A stretch of 64,000 nt of DNA from Psilocybe cubensis (Eukaryota). Of this stretch, positions 11,661 to 24,001 are shown piece by piece. The stretch spans positions 1,550,001 through 1,614,000 of the forward strand of contig CM039005.1 in the NCBI GenBank assembly GCA_017499595.2. The letters are read 5' to 3'. Below the pieces are notes generated by a model. The model was not told where the DNA came from, searched no databases, and was given only the letters and a program-made list of their open reading frames with translations. The position numbers and the translations under genes were made by a program. The number at the start of each line of letters is the position of its first letter. Positions within the stretch are counted from its first letter, which is position 1.

Positions 11661-12566
11661 GATAAAAATTCTCTGTGCTGTGTTCCGCACAGCTCAAGCT
11701 GTGGTTTAAAATGTTTCGAAATCCTTACATTGGTCAGTGAATTGCGGATCACCGGTACCGCGGAAGCGATGTGTATAAATTGAATGGTGCTTCTTCTGAA
11801 TTCTCGAGCTCCACAATAGAAGGGTTGCGAGTTTGTCTACATAGTGAAGGGCAGATGAAGGGTTTACAAACCAGTCAGCTATTGCCTGCAGCATCCGATA
11901 CGTGCACTATGCAGTCAGACGTTCAATATCGAGCTAAAAGATTGAATACAGAGTCCACATGGAGACAAAGAAGATGATGACAACGAAGCGTGTTGCGCCA
12001 TAGCATATGGCATGGATCTCTATGCGCATCTCAACATCCCTTCACCTTTTACGATAGAGTGAGGATTTTACAAGGAGCAATGTAGAAGTACGTGATGTTA
12101 ATATTTATTGCTAAAGTCATGAATCCCTCAATAGGAGGGCTGTTGTAGCCTCTTCTTATAGCATATTATAACATTGTACAGTCCGGGGGTAGATAGATAT
12201 GATATGAGAACCACCACCCCTCCTTTTCGTTCTTTCGTCTTCTTTCCTTCCTTTTCATCGGGCGAAGTTGTTGAACTGTTGTGGTGACATGTGTACATAA
12301 CCAAATTGTCAAGGTAGTGGCGGTGGCGGCTAATACGTCACACGATCTTGCGCGTCGCACCAATGTATACCTTGATATTCGGGGCATCCAACTGCAGACT
12401 GCGAACTGTGGCACCCGAGCTAGGAAGCAAGTCGGCCTTCTGAATTGCCCCACATAGTCATGGATAATCTCTTAATTAACTACTCGGTACACGAAGCGCG
12501 CGGTACCGCCATTATCGAACTATTTAACAGTTTAGTACACTGCTTTTGTTCTTTCCATCCCTCGTC

Positions 12567-14972
12567 ATGTTTGCCATTGACCATAACACGGTTTCCCTCT
12601 CTGGATTCCAGATTCCAGTGGCTCTTCTTGTTCTGTTCACTGTAACCTCCGTCGTACAATGGACTTTGAAATTTTCAAAAAAGTACCCTCCTGGGCCAAT
12701 GGGCATACCCTTCTTTGGTAACCTTTTCCAACTATCAAAACAGGGTCTGAACCAATGGGGTCATATATACGGTGAGGAAGTACATCACTATTCTTGAATT
12801 GATACATAACTGAGATTGTGTTTGGCTTTGAGGCGACATGGCGTATCTCAAAGTCTTTGGTCAAGGAATCCTCTTGATCAACTCTCACACCGCTGCTATC
12901 GACCTTTTACACCGTCGCAGCACCATTTATAGTGACAGGCCCAGCTTCGTTGGTAGGTTTTTAAAGCTTTTTACGATATACTTTTTATTTATCTCTGTTT
13001 TTCAAAGTCATTAACGCCCTCACTCGGGGATTATTTCTGGGAGTCCTCAGCTACGGTGACGTGTGAGTACATTACTTAAAGCGCCTATTTTTTTGAAATA
13101 AGTTTTAAATATATGAATACAGGTGGCGCAAATTCCGTCGTGGTGGGCATGAGAGCATGAGCAAAGGCGCCATGGGCCGTTACCACAAATTGCAGGAGCG
13201 AGAGGCCCTTATATTCACCGAAAACTTGCTGAAGGACTCGAGCGACTGGCACCAGGAAGTGTCACGGTGAGCTGTTTAATTAGCGTTTCAGCATACATGT
13301 CACTGAAATATTGTATATTCTCATTCTAGAATGACGATATCTATGCTTTTGTCTACGGTGTACGACTTACCCGCAACAATTTCGAAAGATGATCCTATCA
13401 TTGCCAAGTTCAACAGATTTGACAATCTCTTGATTGAAGCGGCGTTTCCTGGAAATTATCTTGTTGAATTCTTCCATTGGATCAAGTTTCTACCTTCATT
13501 CATTGTTCCCTGGAAGAAGAGAATGGCTGATGGCTATGTCGAGTTTTCCGCCTTCTTCGAAAAGCTCTGGAATGATACCGCAAAACAAGTTGTATGTTAT
13601 CACTACGTTTGTCTCCCAAATATGCTAATCATATATTAGGATGCAGGAGAAGAGAAGCCTGGTATCGCTGGATATATATTGCGTGAGCGGCAGAAATTGG
13701 GATTTACCGAAGCGCAAGCTGCCTGGCTCCCTGCCACCTAGTGAGTCAAATATAACTTTTTCCTAATGAGTCATTTACTCACAGACTTTAGCGCAAACGG
13801 GTCAGCTTCCGTAAGTCGTTTATCATGTGGTTAATAAATTTTATCTTATCCATTTGCAAACATGGCAGATTACGGAGGTAATGCTTTGGTTTTTCCTGGC
13901 CATGGTGGCGTTTCCGGAACAGCAGAAGCGCTGCCAAGACGAGCTCGATGCTGTTGTCGGTCGGTCCAGGATGCCAACAGCGAGCGACGCTGAAAACCTT
14001 CCTTACATGAAGGCATTGGTCAAGGAGGTCCTGCGCTGGAGGCCGGTTTCCCCCCTCGGTAATTCATATACCTAAATCATGTTGGCGGCTTCAGTTAACT
14101 TGGATACCTTAGGAACGCAGCATGTGGTAAAGCAAGTGAGTTTAACATGATAGATTGATTCCAATCATGTCCTTTGATCATCGATAACATTGCAGGATGA
14201 CTGGTACGAAGGGCGCTTCATTCCGAAAGGCACAATGTGTTTTGCAAATATATGGTAGGTGATTTAAAGTTACCCGATAAATCTTTTTCATTCAATTGCG
14301 CCATGCAGGTTAATGAATCGGGATAAGACAGTCTATGTCAGTCAAATTTGGTATGCGTTTTTCATATGAGATGTATAACACTTGTTCGTCACAGGGTGAA
14401 GACGCCGACGAATTTAATCCTGGTCGTTTCCTTGACAAGGATGGCAATTTTGTTGACATCGTTGGTAAAACTAAAGACGGTTACCTGGAATCTGAAGGTA
14501 AAGAATTACTTATTGACAACGGACACGCACTCACTGTACCTGCTTTAAATTCAAGGCCACGTCGCATATGTAAATGAAATTATATTTCGTCTTATATTCT
14601 AATTTAAACATTTTCGTCTCTCTAGGGATTTGGCGCTAGGTATGAATATGCTGTTCCAAATTGACAAGATCTAATATTGGTTTGAAGGATATGCCCTGGT
14701 CGGTACTATGCAAATGAAGCCTTACTCATTGTATTTTCGAGGCTACTGTGGGCTGCTACCATAAAGCCTGGAATCAACGCTAGCACAGGGAAATCGACAA
14801 TTCCCGACTTGAGAGAGACTGTAGGAGCCGGGATTACGATGTGAGTTACCTGGATTTGTCATGTATCTGACTGACAAGGAGGATCAGGCGTCCCCCGAAT
14901 TTCGATATTATGGTACAGCGTCGATTCGACGAAGCACCCGCGCTGTTATTGCAAACAAAGGAGCTCCTTTGA
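12567..14972 (+). CDS. Cytochrome P450, divergent paralogue of CYP-A (CYP-B)
   Basis: PPGPMGIP; WRKFR; EVLR; PGRF; heme motif AYGFGARICPGRY; intron positions largely match CYP-A; stop TGA at 14970-14972. Confidence 0.93.
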
Positions 14973-16169
14973 TATACAGAGTTCTATTGAGATTCACTAC
15001 ACATATGTTCTCTTTACGACAGTCATCCCTTTGCTAGTTTTCACTCTTTCGCTCCTGGATGCAAACTCCCCAATGTTTTAGTTATATCAAAGAAACAAGT
15101 AAATTTTGACCATTGAACAAAGGACAGGAATGTTGTTTTTCTCGAAGTTCACCGAGATGAGTCGGAGCTTACCGATCAAACTGATGCCGAAATTGATGCC
15201 GACCCTTGACGGCTGTGTCGGACATTATTCCGTGGACGACGCCGAATTATGCCGAGGCACTGCGGGAGGGCCTTGACCGCCTTGGTACAAATCCTCATAT
15301 TTTGCTCATCCCAAAAGTTCAAACATGTTCTCGGCAACCGGGCACTGTTCTGCAGATACTAGTGGATTGGATGATAGTAGTATGATAGCATAGTCTTTTG
15401 AAAGCTCGATTCAACCAAACTACTCCATAATCACCGCATCCTCCTTCGACGATGAGACCAAGAGAGATAAACCCCAATATCACATTGAAATTTAGCTCCA
15501 ACTGTTGTTGACCGCTATTGATTATCGCAGCTTTCGACGCAAAGATACACCGAATTTGATAAATGTTCCTGTTAACGCGATATTAGAAACGCTTGATTCA
15601 GATCATATTAGTGCATACCAGAACCAGATTTGTTTTGATTCTCAGAACACACAGGCTAAATCGCGTACTGTCTACTGGCACTTTGCTTGATGTCGGATTC
15701 CATTCGCGTACAGTGGATTGATTTTTTTTTCTTCCAGACTTGACTCCCAAGGGTAAATTTGGCGCCCAACATCGGCGACTTGTCATCAGCTCGCGGTGCC
15801 ATAACTCTTCTGAGTCCTGTTTCCCTTTCTGGGTTTTACCAATCAATCCCGCCCGTCTTGGTCATTGTAGATCTTTAGTTCTTTGGTGTCGACAGAGCCC
15901 TCTCATCATAAAGCGATGCCGCACTGCAGCATTTCCTCATAAGTTACTGTTATTTCTTCTTTGCTTCTCACATTTGTCGGTCTGCTTTGATTCCCCTCTT
16001 GTATATCTTTCACTTGATTGTACATTAAATTAATGTAATAGTCTATAAGTGGGTAAGGATTTAGACAAGGGCATATACACGGTGCAACACAACAAAATTA
16101 ACCTATCATTAAGTATGTACAGGTAGGTTAGCCCAATGCGGACTAATTTCTACACAGATTCTACATACA

Positions 16170-17517
16170 TTAGCCCTTTAGTTCGACTTGAAGGGTAAGA
16201 AGCTCAGATGTAAGCTCAGTAAGGTTCTCGGAATCATTACTTGACTCCGTTGATATTATATCCATTTTCTGCATATTCATGATCATACGGCAACACTGAA
16301 GTACAATTAATAGGTGATCAGCGGAAAGACAGTCTCCGCGCATGAGAAATTCATAGGGCTTACTGCAATTGACATTATCGATATAGGCCACCTTCGATGA
16401 CAGATAATGTAAAACGTGAGGAATGATAAGTCGTCGATACGAGAATTTGTTTACGTAGTCCACATACCCAAAGAGGATATGGGCCTTTTGCACCTTTTGC
16501 ACAAATGCTAATGGGACCAATGTAGTATATATGGCTGCATAGACACGGCAATTATCATGATGAAACATAAAGACAAAGCATATACATAGGCTTACAGAAT
16601 ATCAGGACGGTAATCCATGCCCCATCTCGAGTGACAATTTTGACGATAGGAATATTCAACCTCATAAGGTCGTACTTCCAGGCTGTCAGGGCAACCAACG
16701 AAATGTGCGTTATCCATACTGAAGCACTGTTCTGTAATGTCGGTGTACGGCTGGTATGACAGACAAAATATATAAACACACCCATAGAACATGACCGCAG
16801 GATGAATACCGTGAGCATCGCAAATCCCATTATAGGGTAATTCTACTGCCAGTATCCCGCAAATTACTTCCACTATGACCTGGCACGCAAAAAGAAATCC
16901 CAAGAACATCCCAACTCGCCTGTTCCTATTATGGAGGGCATATACTGGTACAGGATGCCGTAACGTCAATCATCCAGAGCTTCCGGTCCAACATGAATTG
17001 TACTCGCCTCTCAGCATGAGGATAGCGTCCAGTGCACCCATGATCGAGCACGTTGCCCAAGTCTGGAATAAGAACCATTTTTTACAACGCAGCTTTGGTA
17101 TATTTGTCGACGAGAGCGGCCCAAATATAAGGAATATATTGATACTATGACCGAATATGAGCTGCCACTTGCAAATGTCATTCTGGCACATAAATATGGG
17201 ACTTACCTCCCAACAATAATGGGGAAGTATCTTGAAAAGATGTATATGAGACGCACTAGCCTCAACGGAACGCTAACTCGATTGATCTCGCTATAAACGT
17301 CCAATAATAGCTTCGAAAACACCTTGATTCTTACCGCCAGATATACTTCATCTCTTCAGCAAATGTAACAACGTACTCATAGAGGACCATTGCCAATGAT
17401 GCCACTGCAATATTAAATGTAATTATATAAAGCGAAACAAGCAGCAAACGTACTCATTGACCATCGCCTAATTGTAATGGCTTGTATAGCGTCTTCATCT
17501 AGAGCATTCGTGTCCAT
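16170..17517 (-). CDS. DUF6533-type multi-pass membrane protein (basidiomycete-expanded family)
   Basis: Spliced N-terminus contains ASLAMVLYEYVVTFAEEMKYIW and LIYIFSRYF, then LMLR-VYAL, VTRDG and C-terminal CRMIMNM, the motif order I recall for this family. Confidence 0.8.
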
Positions 17518-18888
17518 GAATTAGAGAGGTGGGGGTCGGGGGCAAAGAGAATTTTTTCGTCTCCTTACTAATGTCATACGGTTTAGTATCTAACCTGATT
17601 ATGGCAGGGACGAAAGGTGTGTGTGATTTTTGTATCAGTCAGGGTTTTTAATGGAGCATGTGAAGTTATGACCAATTGGCAACATTTACGTGAGATCCAA
17701 CTGACCAGGAGAGGAATTCTTCAATACAAAGACCGTTACTCTTCCGGCACGACCTCCTACACCCTTGAAGAGAGAAACAATAAATGTCCTAGATATGGTA
17801 TTACTTCAACATAAAAAAGCAAATGTGATTGATGAGGCTGTCAACGTTACTTAAAAGTACTTGGCGGGTCCCTGATCGGTCTGCGCCGCCACGTCAAATG
17901 TCAGAATTTGAGGACCTAGTACATTTCCCTGAAACTTGCGACTTCTGGGACTAAATCTGCTTCCGACTGTGTTCAAGTCAAGGGATTGCCTGGGATTGCC
18001 GGAAAGAGTTTTTGGCAGGCTTGTAAATGAGGGTGTGAGATATACGTACGAAAAGGATGAAACACATGGGAATTTGTTTATGTATGAATTACATACCAAT
18101 TTCCAGCTCATACTGTGAATGGGTATGGCAGGTAGATAGATACAAGTCCAGGCTTAAAGATTAGAACGCTGGCGGCCAGGATGCTTAAGTGGATTGTGAA
18201 AAGTTGTGTGTTTGTTGCGTGGGGTTCGTGGTCTAGGTCTGTAAAAAGCCATTTCGTGTAACCACGGACTGTTGGAACCACGGATGGAGCCCATGGTGAG
18301 AGGAAGGCGAAGATATAAAAGAGGCATACCCGGGTTCAAGAACACCTCACTGTGCTGAGCCGATATAGGATAAGAATGAATATGCAGTGTTTCCCGCTGT
18401 CTACTAGGGAATTGCAACTGTGGATGTCTCCGTAACGTTGGTCTTCAAACAATCTTCAAATTCGTCTGTGGACGCGTGGGTGATAGTCACAACCTCGGGG
18501 ATTCGGTCGTTAGTCACATGATCACGTAGATATCCTGTGTAGTCAACAAGCTTCCACCACCATCCCTCCGTGCGCTGTCCGATCCGACGTCTCCACCGTC
18601 TTCGGCGACAACTGTACAGTGGTTTGCTGAGAACACTTCAGATTGCGATGAACATTTGACATTTGGACTTCAAGCCTTCAAGCTTCAGGGGCTGAGGCCT
18701 TTTAGCTGGTATGCAAACAAATTTTGCACAGATCTTAATGATTATTTATTTGCTTTTGATTTTTTTTGCACTACATAGGCCACAGACTTCCGAGTTTTGG
18801 TTTCATACTAGTACGTCTTACGGGAGCCTGAGAGATACCGGACATCCTCCGCGTATATTCTGATTTTCAATCCCTATAGTAACTGTCT

Positions 18889-19638
18889 TCAAAACGCTGC
18901 GCACGGTCCTCCACACTTCCAGTTCTTGTCGCACTGCGATGCATCGCTGCACCGGACGTACTGGTAGCTCTGGCTATAGCTCTGTGTGGTATAGCACCAC
19001 TCCTTTCCTTCAACAATCGGGAATCCAGTGCTGCACCCAGCCCAGCAGTATCCCTTCCAGCACCCTCCACGGGCAGGACTGCAGCGGAAGCTGCACGAAG
19101 CGCGACACCCAGCCCACGCGCCCGCCTCGCCGTCTTGGTAGTTCTTTGGGTTGTAGTCACCGCAATTTTGCAGGCAAGTTGACATTCCCTCATCGCATGC
19201 TTGAGGGGCCTCGATCGCACGCGCGAACTTGGCGGAGCGCAATCCGAGAGAGCCCGCGACGCTGCCAACGCCGGACGCGACGTCGCCGACACCTTGCTCG
19301 ACAGCGCCAATGCCGTTCTCAACGCCTGATTCGACGCCAGATTCAATGGCTTGGACGTCACTGCCGCGGAATTATGTTAGCTTTTGGATGTGCCTTTAAT
19401 CTTTGCGGTTGACATACTCTGGAGAATTGGAGTCTAAAGCGTTTGGGACACAGTATTCTTCGTCGTCGGACCACACCCAATTGCCTGGGTCCTCGATTCC
19501 GTTTTGGGCTGCTTGATCCTGGCAGATGCTGTTGTATTCGGCTTGGACTCCGCTGCTGAGAGTCTGCTGGGCGGACGAAAGGAGCGCGGTGCTCAGAGCC
19601 AAAGAGGCGACGATCCACATGGAACGGATGGCTGGCAT
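18889..19638 (-). CDS. Secreted 230-aa Cys-rich protein with a Tha p 2-like C-terminal domain
   Basis: Two exons (19638-19418, 19360-18889); 57-nt intron gtatgt...ctaac...cag. Signal peptide MPAIRSMWIVASLALSTALLSSA; Gly/Val/Glu repeat linker; 14 Cys in the C-terminal ~100 aa ending GCWKGYCWAGC...EWCYTTQSYSQSYQYVRCSDASQCDKNWKCGGPC. Confidence 0.85.
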
Positions 19639-20663
19639 TGTCGATATCTTGGTTGCTTTTGGTGCAAAGGGTTGAAAATCAGTTGGGGAATTGATTGCTG
19701 AACTGCTAGGTGAAGTCTATATGGCTTTTATGCCTGTAAAATATGTTTTACTTTATCAAAACACGAGAAGGGAAGCAGAAAATAAATTAGAAGCGCAGTT
19801 GCTGAATGACAGTCAAAGTCCAAGGTCCAGAATTCACTAGTGGTAAACTTAACTGTCGACTAAAAGAACGAACATAACTAGTGTCAAGGAAAAAAACGGC
19901 CGTATATAGTGCTGAATGCTAGAACTGATTTACCTATGGAGTCAAAAAGTTAGGCTATGGTAGATATCACATTCTGGCGGAAATCTAGAGCACTGGTCTT
20001 GCGGTGGATACCTTTTTCTTCGAATGAAAAACTTGAGAAGCGCAACTTTTATTTGTTGCGCAGCACGATACTGAATTAAACCAGATGCAATTCCTTCATC
20101 TTCATCTCCAACGTCTCTTCTTTCTAGTACTGCTAATCCGTAGACAGTAAGTAGATAATAGCACAGTATTATATACGTAGTCCTGCCGTCCTGCTCCCTG
20201 TAACACTCCCAATCTAACCCTAATGAAAGATGAAGGATGTCTATGACAATGACGTTGATGAACGGGGAAAGGGAATTGGATATACGTGGAGTTAACAAAC
20301 GAAGGGAAAATTGGAGCTGAATGGAAGGGAAATCTTGGGTGGAAGAAGTTAATCAGGTATCTGCTGTCGACTGCCACCGCATACTTTGAGACGCATCCGC
20401 CCATGTTAGAGGAGTGGTCCTCGCCAAACCAGAACAAAGATCTATGTCCATCGGTGGGACCACATCATTACCATTACCATCGTCACCACAGTATTCGGCA
20501 CTGCTTTACAACCTCTTGCATGCGAATCTAAGATGCCCAAGGTACCTGGAACGAGCTGACGCCTTTAAGGTGCCCAGCACTCAACACACAACGCTGAAGT
20601 CCACCCTCAGCTTCTCAATAGGTAACCGGCACGGCTCTCTCATCCACCACCAACTACCGTTCG

Positions 20664-22713
20664 TTATGATCGCTCCTGCACAATTTCGAAATACGCCGTA
20701 TACTCGTCCGGAGTCATCAAGTCATGATCTTCTTCCGTCACCTGCGAGTATGGCTTTGGGGTTCCATTTACTGTTCAAGATATATTAATAAGTCGCAAAT
20801 TCCAACAGAAGAGGAGACGTACCCATGACTATTGGATCGTCGTCCAGCTCTGTGCCAGGCACACTTTCGCCTTGGCTCTCCATTATCGCATCCTGCGCTT
20901 CATCCACTACATGTCCATGTCCGTTTTCGTACCCATTCACAAGTCCATTGACCACCGCATGGCCATTTCCATTAACATGTCCATTAATTCCGCCACCATA
21001 CCCATTCATGTACCCATTCACTATACCATTATCCATCTTCGCCACTTTTGCTTTACCCCCCGCACCGATATCTTCTTGGCTACGTGACCGCTTTCGATAG
21101 GCGTTTAGTGAGTCGAGGTACTCAACATTCGGTTTTTTGTCCTCGTCCTCCTCTTCGTTGACGTGCGAGAAGCCGTTGGCATAGTCAGGCGAATTCGAGG
21201 AAGATGAGGGAAGCCCTGTTGCAGTTGGTGTAGGTTGCGCGGAGGCAGCTGCCGAGGAGGCTGCAAGACTGGCGTAATATTGGTCGTAAACTATTTTTAT
21301 TTGAGAAAGCAAGATGAAAATGGAACCAAAAACAAAACAGAGAAAAGACGCTTACAATCAGATTCTACATTAATTGAAGGTTTAACATCTTCGACACCGC
21401 CCACAACACTGTTTTGTACACCCTGTAATTGATTCCTACTCGGTCCGCCACCAATCACTCCCAATCCCTTTAGTATGCTGTCATCGTTTGCCAGTTGTCC
21501 TGCAGCCATACTAAGTGCCGCTGCCGCCTCACGGTTACTTTCCTTCACACCGAGCGCCGTGAGATCACCCGTGATAGTGCTCTTGAGATGCCAGCTAGGG
21601 AGCGCATTCTGCTGACGTTTAACCTCGGCCTGTGCGTCCCGCTCGAGACGTCGTGTCGACTCGTCCTTGTCCATCGCCATCATCACACCCACACCCTCGT
21701 CCTCTTTCCTGCTGCCATCTGCACCTGCAACTTTCAGCCCGGGTCCGCCCGCAACGGCGTTCTTCTTATCCGATTCGGAGGGGTTGTTCTTAATCCACGC
21801 CGCCACGTCGAAACTGAATGATTGTGATCATTTCAGTACGTGGTATAGGGTGCAGTGGTGGAAAAGGTACATACGCAGGCAACACCATTGCCTCGCTCTT
21901 TTGCAATCCCTCGCGGATGAACCGCATCTGGTTGTTAAACCGTTGCATCCGATCCTTACTCCCCAACACGCTTTCCGCATTCTCATTGTCAACCACCTCC
22001 GCGTGACATATTTCACAGACTAGAATTCCCTGTGTGAAGTCCATCAACTTGTCCACTTCAAGTGGCGAGTACGATTGCTTGCACTGGGGGCATATATAGC
22101 CTTTGTTATCCAGCTCCTAATCAGTCGCAAGATTGCACGATAAATAAGGTAAGAAATGAGGGCACATGTAAAGATGCATACGTTACGCAGTGTAGAATCG
22201 ATGATGTGCCTCATCTTTGCGATACGCCACTTGACTACGTTGCAAAAATGCTCGTAGTCGATGTAGTAATATTGCTTTCCGACACTGCGTTGAGCACCTT
22301 CCTTGAGTTCATTTTGACGGTATCTATTTGTAAGCAGTTTGATAAAATGAGACTAGATGAAGAGATCATAGACAAAACCCACATTTTAACAAGTGAGTCA
22401 TTTGACAACACTGCTATGACCTTGTTCAGCTCCTTGGGTTGAAGACCCATCCTCCCCGCCAAATCATCGTCTTTCAGACTGCGATACATCAAATAATGTT
22501 AGGAAAGATCATAAATGTGGCAGAATGTAAGATAGGAGGAGTGTTGTCAAAAGAAGTGCACAACGCAGCTGTGAAATCTGCATGTACATATCATACTTAC
22601 ACAGGATGCCGTGCGAGCTGGTCCATGATGATGGTGAATTTGGGCTCATAGAATGCTCTTGAGACATGCTGTACGAGGAGGCGAAGGGTTTCTTGATCCT
22701 CTTTGGTCGCCAT
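20664..22713 (-). CDS. TFA1: Transcription initiation factor TFIIE alpha subunit
   Basis: LLVQHVSRAFYEP, YYYIDY..F..VVKWRI, zinc ribbon CPQC...CEIC, QNALPSWH, C-terminal MTPDEYTAYF; stop TAA at 20666-20664. Confidence 0.95.
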
Positions 22714-23086
22714 TGAATGAAGTCCTATTCGACGTTAGCTGGAAATGCCAAGTTGCAGTCGAAGGGGGTTTCCCAAGGGGTGCCTCGTGCTTTGGTCTAA
22801 GTGTATTCCGTGGCCCAAAGGCCGACAGTAGGAAAGGCCGACAGTAGCTGCAATGAAGAGCTCAGTGGTGACAATAGACGACCTGTGTGCGCACGAGTTG
22901 GATGGACCGATGAAAGAGAAGAAAGACGCTCATTGCGGCGCCGTGCCTTTTGTTTGTCAGCAGGCCCTAGTGCAAATTGTGAAAGCATAGCCACATACTG
23001 GATGCCACGTGCGTTTTGGCTTTTCTGGTGTCCTCCAGCGAGTTCCGACCCCTTCTTTTTCGGTCCTCTTCCACCCAGGTTTGAGA

Positions 23087-24001
23087 GAGGGCATCTCGTC
23101 GGCAGACTTGTCGGTTCGCCGAACCGTTTGCCGAACCGCGAACCGCGAACCGCGAACCTGTTTGCACAAGGGCCTGTGATGCAAATAGGACCCGGGGAGC
23201 CACTCAGCATCGGTCAACACTACCGTCGGTGGTCAACACACTGTAGTCACAATGGACCGTTGTGGTGTGGGCACTGGTCAACATACAGTATTATCGTGAC
23301 AACGCCATATTCCAGCAGCAAATTACCTGTGTACACCACTTAAATAAATTGTATAAGTAGTGAGATGAATAGCAAAATAAATCTACAAGCTCATGGATCT
23401 CCTCGACCTAGCTATCCTCCTGGTTAAGTTTCCAATACTTGGAAACAGTTTAACTTTAGAAGAACTAACTGCATTTCTGGATGTAACCCGTATTCAATTC
23501 GTGGTGCTAGCAATTTTATTGAAGAACACAAACTGGGACGACCAATGACCATCTTAACTTCTATTTTACTCATGATTTTGGCCCTGTCCCTTGAGTCTGG
23601 AGAGTGACGATGGGATCAGGCATTGAGAGATTAAGAGGTATGTTTTGAAGGGCACAACGTAGAATCAAAATTGCACCTTTATATACCTTGAATTAACCCC
23701 AGTTATGTTGAGCAAGCCGCACAGCAGCACACATTGACCCTAGCGCGCATTGCTCCTTGACAAAGGGAGATGGTGTCAATGCGTGTGTCAATGCGTGCTG
23801 CTGAAACAAACAGTGGCGATGCCGGGATGGACCGGGGTGGATGTTTGCGTTTTGTTTGGTTATTATTGTTCATCAAGCACCATTGACAAACAAGTTCGCG
23901 GTTCGCGGTTCGCCATTCCATGTTCGCGGTCCAAGGTTCGCGGTTCACGGTTCGCGGTCCAAGGTTTGGCGAACTGGCAAGTCTGCGGACGGGACTTTCT
24001 G
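23087..24001. mobile_element. 915-bp non-autonomous DNA transposon (MITE-like) with subterminal inverted repeat arrays and an 8-bp TSD
   Basis: Direct repeat GTTTGAGA at 23079-23086 and 24002-24009. Left arm cgtcggcagacttgtcggttcgccgaacc plus (GAACCGC)n at ~23097-23165 mirrors (GCGGTTC)n...ggtttggcgaactggcaagtctgcggacg at ~23886-23991. Confidence 0.8.

Noticed and set aside
9225-14972. Psilocybin, amatoxin or other known mushroom toxin cluster
   Set aside because: No decarboxylase, methyltransferase, PsiK-type kinase, MSDIN precursor or prolyl oligopeptidase seen in the window.
22817-22847. Tandem duplication of AAGGCCGACAGTAG upstream of TFA1
   Set aside because: A single short duplication with no further support for function.
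23120-23960. CRISPR-like or coding interpretation of the GAACCGC arrays (REPRTAN ORFs)
   Set aside because: 7-bp tandem units with no spacers in eukaryotic DNA; the ORFs are translations of the repeat.
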